Origin: Limisphaerales bacterium
GTDB lineage: Bacteria > Verrucomicrobiota > Verrucomicrobiia > Limisphaerales > SIBE01
NCBI GenBank assembly: GCA_044225505.1
Contig: JBGAIN010000025.1
Location: 1 to 64,000 of the forward strand
Length of the DNA: 64,000 nucleotides
Direction: 5' to 3'
Shown here: positions 50,269-60,177 of the stretch, piece after piece
Position numbering within the stretch: the stretch's first letter is position 1
How the letters are laid out: the number at the start of each line of letters is the position of its first letter
Translations under genes and position numbers: made by a program
Notes under the pieces: model-generated
Told to the model about the DNA's origin: nothing
Databases searched by the model: none
What the model saw: the letters and a program-made list of their open reading frames with translations, nothing else

Positions 50269-50784
50269 TCACTTTCCGAACAGCGAATCCATCACACCGG
50301 CCAGTAGCAGAAACGCGATCACAATTTGCAGGCAGACTCCGGCGATTCGCGTTCCGCGCGTTTCGACGAAGTGCAATTGATCGCAATCCGCGCAACGAAC
50401 TTGGCTCCGCTTGCTTCCATGGAGCAGCAGAGCGAGTGGAAGTCCTAGCAAATGCAGTGTGAAGCGACTTGAACGAGGAGTCAGAACCCCCGCCCGGGCT
50501 TGGTTCAAGGAACCACATCGAGGACAGCTAGCGGCCGGGACGGCGGCGATGTGCGGTCTCAACAGCGCAGTCGCCAAGGCGATCGGCAAAAGACCGCCGA
50601 CGACGAAAAACACGGCGAGCCAGGCCCCCGCAGTTTCCAGATCGTCATTCTGCAAGACAACCCCGATACAGCCCACAATACAGAACAGCCCGATGGCCCC
50701 GAGCAACACCCCTAAGCTGTGCTTCGCGATTCTCCAGACCTTCGAAGGAGGGGGAGCAACTGCCGCTTGAGTGAAGCCTTCCAT
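50269..50784 (-). CDS. Small membrane protein with a Zn-ribbon (CPRC...CADC)
   Basis: About 4 TM segments and two CxxC pairs. Confidence 0.7.
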   Translation of the reverse strand: MEGFTQAAVAPPPSKVWRIAKHSLGVLLGAIGLFCIVGCIGVVLQNDDLETAGAWLAVFFVVGGLLPIALATALLRPHIAAVPAASCPRCGSLNQARAGVLTPRSSRFTLHLLGLPLALLLHGSKRSQVRCADCDQLHFVETRGTRIAGVCLQIVIAFLLLAGVMDSLFGK

Positions 50785-51032
50785 GAATGACCCGTTTGCT
50801 GATTGCTTGGACGACTCTTCTACGCCGAACCGGCTATTCTGGCCAGCCCCAAACCGATCCGATGCCGCCTAGGAGAAGCTATTTAGCCGCTACGGGCGGA
50901 AAGCGTCGATCATCCAGGTCCCACCTCGGAATGACATGTTCATTTCCGCCTCGCGTCGAAGATCGTTTTTGCGGAAAAGCCGTGGAGGGTGACCAGGCTC
51001 CTAGGTCTGGCAATGCCCGGTAGCGTAATTGA

Positions 51033-51372
51033 TTGCGCGACAGCGTCTTGGAGTGCGGCGGATCTCCGCCGCTTTGTGGGGCGGACATCGGCGCCGTGCG
51101 GGTGCGGTTTCGGCGAGGGCGAGCGTCTCGGCGGAAAGCTGTAGGGGCTACAGCACTCCATAACCTGGCGGAGTAGGGGGCGCTTTAGTGGTTGCGCGAC
51201 AGCGTCTTGGAGTGCGGTTGCCCTCAACCGCTTTGTGAGGCGGACATCGGTGCCGTGCGGGTGCTGTTTCGGCGAGGGCGAGCGTCGCGGCGGAAAGCTG
51301 TAGGGGGCAACAGCACTCCAAAACCTGGCGGAGTTAGGGGCGCTTAGTGGATGCGCGCCAGCGTCTTGGAGT
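51033..51372. repeat. 159-bp tandem repeat (about 2.1 copies) made of inverted REP-like hairpin pairs (BIME-like)
   Basis: TGCGCG..AGCGTCTTGGAGT recurs at 51034, 51193 and 51352. Each full unit has TGGAGTGC-stem-loop-GCTTT in both orientations. Confidence 0.85.
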
Positions 51373-51700
51373 CCACAGAACAGCTGGCGCTCGAGCCGGT
51401 GAACGCACGGCCGACGCCTTTCGATTCGCTCAGCCTTCGATCCAAACGCAATGCTCACGCACACCTGACTCGCTCACGAGTGGGTCAAGGGTGTGTCAGG
51501 AGTGTGTGAACAGTGTGTCAGCTCCGAATGAAGAGCGAAAGTAGGGTGAGCAGGGAAGGGCTGGGGGAGAGGCTGCTTTTGAGGGTTATGCCCGAGGTTA
51601 GCGCAGGATCGCCACCGCGAGCGCTGGAGAATCTACAACAGCTTGTTCCAAAGCCGCTTCAGAGGCAGGCGGTCTCCGTCGGGAGCGGCCGCCCGGCGGG

Positions 51701-53623
51701 TCAGCCTTCCAGCTCCGTCAGGCGATGCGCTTCTGTTTCCCATTCCGCCCCAAGCTCTTTCAAACGGCTTACCACGTCCGAAAGTTGTCGGGTGATCTCC
51801 GCTCCTCGGCCTTGGATTTGATAGGTCTCCGGATTCTCCAGTTCTGCCGTGAGTTCCGTTTGCTCTCCTTCGAGTTTGGAGATCTCCTTCTCGATCGCCG
51901 ACACTCGGTCTTGCTGGGCCTTACGCTCGCGATACCGGACCTGGCGCTGCTCGGCTTCCAGGCGCTTTTGTTCTTTCTTGGCGCTGGGGCGAGAGGATTC
52001 ATCGGCGAGCGACCCGTTGCGGTCAGGTTTTACGAAAGCTTCCTCGGCGGCCCGGAGGGCTGCGGTTTTATCCAGGTAATACTGATATTCGCCTGGGTAG
52101 GGGGTGAGTTGTCCGGACTGCACATGAACGACATGATTGGCGATGGCGCGGATGAAATAGACGTCGTGGCTAATGAAAATCAGCGTGCCTTCAAACTGCT
52201 CCAGAGCAGCAATCAAGGCTTCGATGCTGGCCATGTCCAGGTGGGTCGTCGGCTCGTCCATCAGCAGCAGGTTGGGAGGATCGAGCAGCAGTTTCACGAG
52301 AGCCAAGCGCGTCTTCTCTCCACCGCTAAGAACGCTTACTCGCTTGAAGACGTCGTCTCCGCGGAATAGAAAGCAGCCCAAAACATTCCGAATGAAGGTT
52401 TCGGTAACACGCTGAGGGGTATCGAGGGCTTCCTCAAGAACCGTATGGGCCAGGTTCAGGTTCTCAACACGATGCTGCGCAAAATAACCGAACTTGACGT
52501 TGTGACCGAGGATTCGCTCGCCCGATTGACAGGGAACAACTCCGGCTAGCAGTTTGAGCAGGGTGGATTTGCCAGATCCGTTCGGACCCACCAGCACGAT
52601 GCGTTGACCGCGTTCCGCCTGAAAGTTCAATCCGCGGTAGACGGCAATCTGGCCGTAAGACTGGTCGACGTCTTTGAGCGTGATCACGCGCTGGCCACTG
52701 CGCATGGGCTGGGGGAATTTGAAATCGATCTCGGAGTCTTCACCGACGGGCGCCTCAATCTTTTCCATGCGCTCGATCTGCTTGAGCTTGCTCTGGGCTT
52801 GGGCCGCTTTGGTATTCTTGGCGCGAAACCTTTCGACGAACCGCATCAGTTGGGCAATTTCCCGCTGCTGGTTTTTGTAAGCGGCGCTGAGCTGTTCCTC
52901 CTGCGCTGCCCGTTGCTCGAGATAAGAATCGTAATTGCCGCGATAGCGCCACAATCGGCCCTGGCGAAGTTCTATGATGCTCCCAACCAATTCGTTCAGG
53001 AAGGCCCGATCATGAGAGATCAGCAAAATGGCGCCCGGATAGTTGCGCAGGAATGCTTGCAGCCACAAGAGCGCTTCCAGGTCGAGATGGTTGGTCGGTT
53101 CGTCCAGCATGAGCAAGTCCGGCTCTTGCACGAGCAAGCGGGCCAAGTGCGCCCGCATGATCCAGCCACCGCTCAATTCGCGGGAGGGACGATCAAAGTC
53201 TTTTTCTCGAAACCCGAGTCCGCGCAGCAGTTTCTTCGCCTTCGGCTCAAGCTCATACCCTTGGCCCTCGTCGTGGGCCGAGTGGTCCGAATGAAGCGCA
53301 CCGTCGACCGTGTTGGGATCGCCCGCAGCGCGGTGAATGTCGTGACTGATCTGGAGCGTGGAAGATGTTGCCAATTCCAGAATGGTCTTCTCTGTTGGAG
53401 GCAAGGTTTCCTGGGGCAGAAAGCCAACCGTCATACCTCGTTGGAGCGAGATAGATCCGTCGTCCGGCGTGTCCCGTTCCAGGATCAGACTAAACAACGT
53501 TGATTTACCCGCTCCGTTTGGCCCAACCAGGCCGATTCGATCCCCGCGATTCACCTGCAACGACACCTCTTCGAAAAGCGCGCGTCCGGCGAAAGCTTTG
53601 GAAACACCTGCAATACTCAGCAT
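51701..53623 (-). CDS. ABC-F family ATPase (ribosome-associated)
   Basis: Two ABC domains (GPNGAGKS/LSGG/LDEPTNHLD and GPNGSGKS/LSGGE/DEPTTHLD), linker GNYDSY, C-terminal coiled coil, no TM segments. Confidence 0.94.
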   Translation of the reverse strand: MLSIAGVSKAFAGRALFEEVSLQVNRGDRIGLVGPNGAGKSTLFSLILERDTPDDGSISLQRGMTVGFLPQETLPPTEKTILELATSSTLQISHDIHRAAGDPNTVDGALHSDHSAHDEGQGYELEPKAKKLLRGLGFREKDFDRPSRELSGGWIMRAHLARLLVQEPDLLMLDEPTNHLDLEALLWLQAFLRNYPGAILLISHDRAFLNELVGSIIELRQGRLWRYRGNYDSYLEQRAAQEEQLSAAYKNQQREIAQLMRFVERFRAKNTKAAQAQSKLKQIERMEKIEAPVGEDSEIDFKFPQPMRSGQRVITLKDVDQSYGQIAVYRGLNFQAERGQRIVLVGPNGSGKSTLLKLLAGVVPCQSGERILGHNVKFGYFAQHRVENLNLAHTVLEEALDTPQRVTETFIRNVLGCFLFRGDDVFKRVSVLSGGEKTRLALVKLLLDPPNLLLMDEPTTHLDMASIEALIAALEQFEGTLIFISHDVYFIRAIANHVVHVQSGQLTPYPGEYQYYLDKTAALRAAEEAFVKPDRNGSLADESSRPSAKKEQKRLEAEQRQVRYRERKAQQDRVSAIEKEISKLEGEQTELTAELENPETYQIQGRGAEITRQLSDVVSRLKELGAEWETEAHRLTELEG

Positions 53624-54033
53624 AAAGACCGCGCACTATGGCCGACCTGGAACACCTTGTGCAAGTGGAAGCGATCAAGTCCTAAACTTGAGGCAGGGAG
53701 CCAACTCGTTTCCGACAAGGGATGGAGAGACGCGGCGCTTGCTCTGACCGTAAAACCCGGAAATTGGAGACAATTTGTTCCCATGCATGACTCGTTGAAT
53801 GGCAGTAAGTTGCGGCAAATCAGCGCTTTATTTGCGTCGTTTGTATGACGCTCGTGCTTACGTGCCCAGACGGCCAATGGATGGGTCGGGCGACGTGGGG
53901 GGTCGCGATTTGGGAGGCGCGCCCGTGTTGGTTTCCAGATAGGTGCCGCTTAACTGATTCAAATCGGAACGGAAAGCGCCGGCCTGAACAGGAAAAGCTT
54001 TCCGGGAAATTCCGTCGGCATCAACATGGTGCG

Positions 54034-54792
54034 GTGCGCGAGCCAGGTGATAACACGATCGGGAAACGTCCTCAACCGGCGGCCGGTGTGTTTGCAACCA
54101 CGCACTGGAGCGTAGTATTGACCGCTGGCGGTGGAGAATCCCCTCAGTCTCATGCGGCATTGGAGAAGCTGTGCCATGCCTACTGGTATCCGCTCTATGC
54201 CTACGTCAGGCGGAAAGGATACGATGCGCATGCCGCACAAGACTTAACTCAGGAGTTCTTCGCACGATTGCTGACTCGGAATTATTTGGGTGTCGCGGAC
54301 CGTAACCGGGGCAAGTTCCGCTCCTTTCTCCTCGGTTCGTTGGAGCATTTTTTGGCTCGCGAATGGACTAAGGCTCACGCCCAAAAGCGCGGCGGCGGTC
54401 ACGCGCCCTTTACCCTCGATGCCTTGGATGCCGAGGATCGCTACCACCTGGAACCGGTCGATGAGTTGACACCGGACAAAATCTTCGACCGACGCTGGGC
54501 GACCATCCTGTTGGAATGCGCGATGCGCCGCTTGCGCGATGAATGCGCCGCGAATAACAAGCAAGAGTTGTTTAAGCGGGTGGAGGGCTTGCTGTCCGGG
54601 GAAAAGGGCGAGGCTTCCTATTCAGAAATCGCCGTAACTCTGGGAATGACTGAGGGGGCGCTCAAACTAGCGGTGCATCGTCTGCGCCAACGTTACGGCG
54701 CTTTGGTGCGCGACGAAATCGCACAAACGGTCGCCACTACGGAGGAGGCGGACGAGGAACTGAGCCATTTACTCGCCGTGCTGCGCGGCTGA
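54034..54792 (+). CDS. ECF-type RNA polymerase sigma factor
   Basis: FATTHWSVV, YWYPLYAYVRR, AQDLTQEFF, KFRSFLL, YSEIAVTLGMTEGALKLAVHRLR. Start uncertain. Confidence 0.9.
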   Translation: MREPGDNTIGKRPQPAAGVFATTHWSVVLTAGGGESPQSHAALEKLCHAYWYPLYAYVRRKGYDAHAAQDLTQEFFARLLTRNYLGVADRNRGKFRSFLLGSLEHFLAREWTKAHAQKRGGGHAPFTLDALDAEDRYHLEPVDELTPDKIFDRRWATILLECAMRRLRDECAANNKQELFKRVEGLLSGEKGEASYSEIAVTLGMTEGALKLAVHRLRQRYGALVRDEIAQTVATTEEADEELSHLLAVLRG

Positions 54793-55011
54793 AACAATGT
54801 GTGACCTTGACTCCGAAAAGGAGCAATCTGGGGGTGAACAGTCCAACACGCCAGCGAGCAATAAAAACCATCAAACGAACGAGTCAGTGATTCTGCCTGC
54901 CTCAGACAATGCGCAGATCTTCCGGGGGCGTCGGCCGGGAACTTCCGTGACGAATCTTTCACCGGTTGCATGCTTGGCTGAGGTGCGCGCCGGGCGCTCG
55001 GTTGGGAACCC

Positions 55012-57567
55012 ATGCGAACGGTAAGGACATGTCCGCAGTGTGGGGCAAAATCCTTGGGGGATGGGCCGGCGGGGAGTTGTCCCGCTTGCTTGCTGGGCCT
55101 AGCTTTCGATAGGAGTGCGAAGGCTGACGAGGTGGATTCCAACAGAACTGCTGATCAAGAATCGCAATCCAAGAGGTCCATCATCCGCTATTTCGGCGAC
55201 TACGAACTCACCGAGGAAATCGCGCGGGGCGGGATGGGCGTGGTTTATCGCGCGCGGCAGGTTAGTTTAAATCGGCCCATCGCGCTGAAGATGATTCTCG
55301 CGGGGCAACTGGCCACGCCAGCAGCGAAACAGCGCTTTCATACGGAAGCCGAAGCGGCCGCCCGGCTTGATCATCCTCACATCGTTCCCATTTACGAAAT
55401 CGGCGAGCACGACGGCCAGCATTACTTCAGTATGAAGTTGATCGATGGCGGGACGCTGGCCGACTGGATTGCGACGGGCCGACGCCCAGTGAACGAAGCG
55501 GCAGGTCTCTTGGAAAAGATCGCGCGCGCGGTGCATTACGCGCATCAGCGCGGGATTCTTCATCGCGATTTGAAGCCCACGAATATCTTGCTCGACCAGA
55601 GAGGCGAGCCGCATGTCACCGACTTCGGCCTGGCGAAACTGGCGGAGGACGAGTCGGGCCTGACCGTCACTGGCCAGATTCTTGGCACGCCAGGTTTCAT
55701 GTCGCCTGAACAAGCGGGGGGACCCCAAGGCGCAGTCACCATCGCCAGCGATGTCTATTCGCTCGGCGCGGTGCTCTGCTTTCTCCTCACGGGGCGTCCG
55801 CCGTTTGCCGCCGAGTCTTTGTCCGAAACTCTGCGCCAGGTTCACGAACTGGAGCCCGCCTGCCCGTCTCGGCTTAATCCTTCGGTCCCGCAGGACCTCG
55901 ACACGATCTGCCTCAAATGCCTGAGCAAGGACCCGTCTCGCCGTTACGACTCCGCCCAGGCCCTGGCCGACGACCTTGGCCACTTTCTGAACGGTGAACC
56001 CATTGACGCCCGCCCCACCGGATCGATGGAGAAGCTCTGGCGCTGGTGCCTGCGAGAGCCTGCCCTCGCGTCCGCTCTCGCCCTGACCTTCCTGCTCCTG
56101 CTCACCGTGGCGATCGGGTCCTCCCTGGCCGCCGCGCGCATTGCGCGCGAGCGCGAGCGCGCCGAGGCTCAAGCCAGGAAGAGCCAGCGGGTCTCCCAAT
56201 TCTTGACGGACATGATTCAGGGCATCCAGCCCGAACGCGCCTTGGGCCGGGATGTATCCGTCATGCGCGAAATTCTAGATCAAGCGGAGAAGCGCTTCGA
56301 CTCGGAGTTGAAGGGCTTGCCCGAAGTGGAAGCGGAACTGCGCGATACCATCGGTTCCACGTATCATCAACTCTTGGACTTTCCGAAAGCGGAGGCGATG
56401 CATCGCGAGGCTCTGCGCCTGCGCCTAGCCAATTTGGGCGAGACCCATCCCGATACGCTCGAGACGATGTTTCATTTGGTGCTCGATCTGTGGTATCTCA
56501 CCGAGCCGCAAGGGCAGCATCCTGAATTTGCCCCGCTCCTGCGGCGGACGTTCCAACGGCACGTTCAGGCACACGGATCCAACGACGTTCGGGCCGCGCA
56601 ACTCATCGGATGGCTGGGCCTGACCTTAGGAACACCGGCTGAAACCGAGGCCGCTCTGCGGAGAGCGCTGGGAATCTTGGAAAGTCTTCATGCGACCAAT
56701 GACAACGTTTACGGCTCGACTCTAAGCACTCTGGGAATGGTTGCCCGCCATCAGGACCGTTTTTCCGAAGCGGAGTCCTTCGGGTCCCGTGCCGTGGCCA
56801 TGTATCGGCGTTTGCTGGGCGACGCCCATCCGTCCACGGGGCATGCCTTATATGAACTGGCGCTGACATTGCGGGACGCTGGTAAACTTGAGGCGGCTGA
56901 GGCCGCCGCGCGCGAGGCCTGGCAAGTCCGCCAGCGTCTCTACGGGGCGACGAACGGAGCCGTGCTTGTCGTCTTGTCTCTCGCGGCTAGTACTGCGTTT
57001 GAACGCGGAGACTTCGCCCGCGCTGATGCGCTGCTGGCCGATGCCCCCTTACATGCCATCACAAAGACAACCGGACGACAGTTCGGCGGAGAGGAAGAAC
57101 GGTTCTGGCTGGTGCGGACTTTAATCGGCTTGGCCTGGCGTCAGCACGAGCAGTCAAACACTACCCGCGCCTGCCGATACGCGCACGATGCCGAATCGCT
57201 GGGCCGCTCGGCCTTTGCCTTGCGCCTCCAAGACGAGGGGTGCCCCGCTTGGCGCCGGGCGAATGCCTGCACCCTGTTAGGTGGAGCGCTGGCCAGCGTC
57301 GCTACCATGGACACCAACGCCAGCCCGGCCGTTCGTATCGCTAAACTTACCGAAGCAGAGCCTCTTTTGACGGACGGTTACGCCAAGCTCGAAACAGCCA
57401 GCGAGTTGGTTGGCGCTGGTCGTCGGCGCGCCCTGAGCGAAACCGCGACTTACCTTTTACAGATGTACCGGACTTGGGCCACCCTCGCCCCCGACGATCC
57501 CCACGCCGAGCAAGCCGCCACCTGGCGCGCAAAGCTGGCTGCAGTAAGCGCAGACCCCGGGAAGTAA
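55012..57567 (+). CDS. Hanks-type Ser/Thr protein kinase with a TM helix and TPR repeats
   Basis: N-terminal [40 protein letters not shown], a TM helix, then TPR-like repeats. Confidence 0.95.
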   Translation: MRTVRTCPQCGAKSLGDGPAGSCPACLLGLAFDRSAKADEVDSNRTADQESQSKRSIIRYFGDYELTEEIARGGMGVVYRARQVSLNRPIALKMILAGQLATPAAKQRFHTEAEAAARLDHPHIVPIYEIGEHDGQHYFSMKLIDGGTLADWIATGRRPVNEAAGLLEKIARAVHYAHQRGILHRDLKPTNILLDQRGEPHVTDFGLAKLAEDESGLTVTGQILGTPGFMSPEQAGGPQGAVTIASDVYSLGAVLCFLLTGRPPFAAESLSETLRQVHELEPACPSRLNPSVPQDLDTICLKCLSKDPSRRYDSAQALADDLGHFLNGEPIDARPTGSMEKLWRWCLREPALASALALTFLLLLTVAIGSSLAAARIARERERAEAQARKSQRVSQFLTDMIQGIQPERALGRDVSVMREILDQAEKRFDSELKGLPEVEAELRDTIGSTYHQLLDFPKAEAMHREALRLRLANLGETHPDTLETMFHLVLDLWYLTEPQGQHPEFAPLLRRTFQRHVQAHGSNDVRAAQLIGWLGLTLGTPAETEAALRRALGILESLHATNDNVYGSTLSTLGMVARHQDRFSEAESFGSRAVAMYRRLLGDAHPSTGHALYELALTLRDAGKLEAAEAAAREAWQVRQRLYGATNGAVLVVLSLAASTAFERGDFARADALLADAPLHAITKTTGRQFGGEEERFWLVRTLIGLAWRQHEQSNTTRACRYAHDAESLGRSAFALRLQDEGCPAWRRANACTLLGGALASVATMDTNASPAVRIAKLTEAEPLLTDGYAKLETASELVGAGRRRALSETATYLLQMYRTWATLAPDDPHAEQAATWRAKLAAVSADPGK

Positions 57568-57755
57568 TTGGGCCGCATAGAGGCCGAAGTGTGTTTCGAT
57601 AAGCAACCTGGGCGAGAAAGCCCAACGGCATGATGTTGGGCCGGCCCGCCAGTTACCCCCCCCCCAGGGAGAATGATGCAGAATTTTCTGTAACCTTTCC
57701 TTCGCGATTAAGCAGTAACGAAGTGAATAACCAAGTTCACCTGAGGAACTGCATC

Positions 57756-60116
57756 GTGAAAAACATATACTCTGCAATCACTGGAATCGTGCTCGGAGCC
57801 ATGACGATTTCCCGCGGCGTCGCTCAATCCAATGACGAGCCTTACACCTTCACCACGCTCGCTGGGAGCGGCGGGTCCAACCGTGTGGAAATGCCCGGGA
57901 AAGCAGCGCGCTTCCGCGATGCGACCACCGTAGCCGTGGACGGAGCGGGCAATCTCTATATCGCCGAACAAGGCAACCATATCATCAGCAAAGTAACGCC
58001 CGATGGCGTCGTGACGACTTTCGCCGGACGGCCAGGGACGGCCGGCACCGCCGACGGGACGGGAAGCAATGCCCGTTTCAGCGGCCCTTCCGCTGCGGTC
58101 GTCGATAGCGCGGGTAATGTCTACGTGGCGGACACCTTCAACTCTACCATACGCAGGATATCACCCGCAGGAGAAGTGACGACCCTCGCGGGATCGGCTG
58201 GAAACTTTGGCAGTGCGGATGGGACTGGCAGCGCGGCGCGGTTCAATGCCCCTTTTGGGATGGGAGTTGATAATTCAGGGAACGTTTATGTGGGTGATTC
58301 CGACAATCATACCATCCGGAAGTTGACGCAGGTCGGCACGAATTGGGTGGTGACGACTTTGGCTGGGCGAGCGGGGGTTTCAGGCGTCATCGATGGGGTT
58401 GGGAGCGCAGCACGGTTTAATTTCCCAGGCCCGATTGTCGCGGACAAGGAGGGCAACCTCTACGTTGGCGATGGATATGGCCACACCATCCGCAAACTGG
58501 CGCCGGCTGGAACCAACTGGGTTGTCTCGACCATTGCTGGACGAGCAGGAGTGCGCGGGACTGCGGACGGAACGGGGAGAGATGCGCGCTTTAGTGAGCC
58601 TGGCGGTCTGGCATTCGACAGCGCCGGGAACCTATTTGTGGCTGAGTTCCGCAATCATACCGTCCGTAAACTGGCCCCGGAGGGAACGAACTGGGTTGTG
58701 ACGACGGTAGCGGGATTAGGAGGCCAGGCCGGCAGCGCGGACGGGATGAACAGTGAAGCGAGGTTCAATGTTGCTTCTGGCTTAGCGATCGACAGCGCGG
58801 ACCATGTTTACGTGATGGACTTAGGTAACGGCTTGATTCGCAAAATCGCGTTGACCGGCACGAACTGGGTCGTGACGACGTTCGCCGGGGTTGGGGCGAC
58901 TTTCGGGAGCGGGAACGGCGCGGGAGCGGATAGCCGATTCTATGGCCCGGCAAGCGTGGCGGTGAGCAGCTCAGGGAGTCTTTACGTGGCGGACAGTATA
59001 AATCACACGATCCGAAGTGTGACCACGGGCTCCGGAACGGTCATGACCCTGGCCGGACAAGCGGGCTATGCCGGGAGCACCAATGGCACCAACAACGTGG
59101 CCCGCTTTAACGCTCCTTATGGCATCGCGGTGGACAACGCGGACAATGTCTATGTGGTGGAGACGCTCAATCACACCATCCGCAAGCTTCACCCGAACGG
59201 CTCGGACTGGGTCGTGACCACCCTTGCGGGCGCGCCCGACCCCGAGGGGCCGGGCGGCAATGGTGGCAGCGCCGACGGAATAGGCAGCGCCGCGCGATTT
59301 TCCTTTCCAAGAGGCTTAGCCATCGACGCCGCGGGTAATCTCTACGTGGCTGATTCCGGGAACAGCACGATCCGGAAAGTGACTGCTGCAGGGGCGGTGA
59401 CAACGCGCGCTGGGAGCCCTGGAAAGTACGGAAGCACCGATGGCGTGGGCGGCGCCGCGCGGTTCAATAGCCCCAACGGTGTCGCCGTGGATAGCTCCAC
59501 CAACCTCTACGTCGCCGATACGTTTAACCACACTATCCGCAAAATCACACCTGCCCGAGTGGTGTCGACATTGGCTGGGTTGGCCGGCAGTCCCGGCAGC
59601 GCGGACGGAATCGGGAGCGGCGCGCGTTTCGAGCTCCCTTCCAGTATCGCGGTTGATCCGGCTGGCAATCTCTATGTGGCGGACACTTACAACAACTCCA
59701 TCCGAAAACTGACCCCTGTCGGGACAAACTGGGTCGTGACGACGCTGGGCGGCATGTCTGGCTTTTACGGCACCGCCGATGGAGCCGGGAGCACCGCCCG
59801 ATTCGGCAACCCGAGCGGGATCGCTGTCGATGCAAGTGGCACCCTCTACGTGGCGGATTTTTACTTTAACACCATCCGCAAGGGATACCCGCCGACGAGG
59901 CTCGCCAACCCCGGTTTTGAGGGCGGCCAATTCCGGATCGATCTCGTGGTGCCGCCGGTCCCGCCGGGCCAGTTGGCGACGGTGATCATGGAATCTTCAA
60001 CTGATCTTCTGCGCTGGGTTCCCATTGGGACTAACGCCCCGGGCAACGTGACCTTTATCGATTCATCGGCTGGCGTTCCCTTCAATCGCTTTTACCGCGC
60101 CCGGGTGCCGCAATGA
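57756..60116 (+). CDS. Secreted NHL-repeat beta-propeller protein with a C-terminal F[YF]R domain
   Basis: GTG start with a GAGGA ribosome-binding site, signal peptide, about 12 repeats of ARF..P.G.AVD.AGNLYVAD..N.TIRK, tail MESSTDLLRW...RFYRA. Confidence 0.92.
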   Translation: MKNIYSAITGIVLGAMTISRGVAQSNDEPYTFTTLAGSGGSNRVEMPGKAARFRDATTVAVDGAGNLYIAEQGNHIISKVTPDGVVTTFAGRPGTAGTADGTGSNARFSGPSAAVVDSAGNVYVADTFNSTIRRISPAGEVTTLAGSAGNFGSADGTGSAARFNAPFGMGVDNSGNVYVGDSDNHTIRKLTQVGTNWVVTTLAGRAGVSGVIDGVGSAARFNFPGPIVADKEGNLYVGDGYGHTIRKLAPAGTNWVVSTIAGRAGVRGTADGTGRDARFSEPGGLAFDSAGNLFVAEFRNHTVRKLAPEGTNWVVTTVAGLGGQAGSADGMNSEARFNVASGLAIDSADHVYVMDLGNGLIRKIALTGTNWVVTTFAGVGATFGSGNGAGADSRFYGPASVAVSSSGSLYVADSINHTIRSVTTGSGTVMTLAGQAGYAGSTNGTNNVARFNAPYGIAVDNADNVYVVETLNHTIRKLHPNGSDWVVTTLAGAPDPEGPGGNGGSADGIGSAARFSFPRGLAIDAAGNLYVADSGNSTIRKVTAAGAVTTRAGSPGKYGSTDGVGGAARFNSPNGVAVDSSTNLYVADTFNHTIRKITPARVVSTLAGLAGSPGSADGIGSGARFELPSSIAVDPAGNLYVADTYNNSIRKLTPVGTNWVVTTLGGMSGFYGTADGAGSTARFGNPSGIAVDASGTLYVADFYFNTIRKGYPPTRLANPGFEGGQFRIDLVVPPVPPGQLATVIMESSTDLLRWVPIGTNAPGNVTFIDSSAGVPFNRFYRARVPQ

Positions 60117-60177
60117 GCGGCGGTCGTCCTCAGGTCTGTCCGTCAATATCTCCAGAATCCCTCAGGAAAAAAAGACG

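Noticed and set aside
51033..51372. Possible CRISPR array
   Set aside because: The units are 159-bp near-identical tandem copies without unique spacers, and no cas genes are present.
50940..51464. 174-aa ORF with an internal repeat
   Set aside because: It is a translation of the REP tandem repeat.
51725..53503. Long plus-strand ORFs of 214 and 299 aa
   Set aside because: Antisense shadows of the ABC-F gene.
55267..56199. 310-aa minus-strand ORF
   Set aside because: Antisense shadow of the Ser/Thr kinase.
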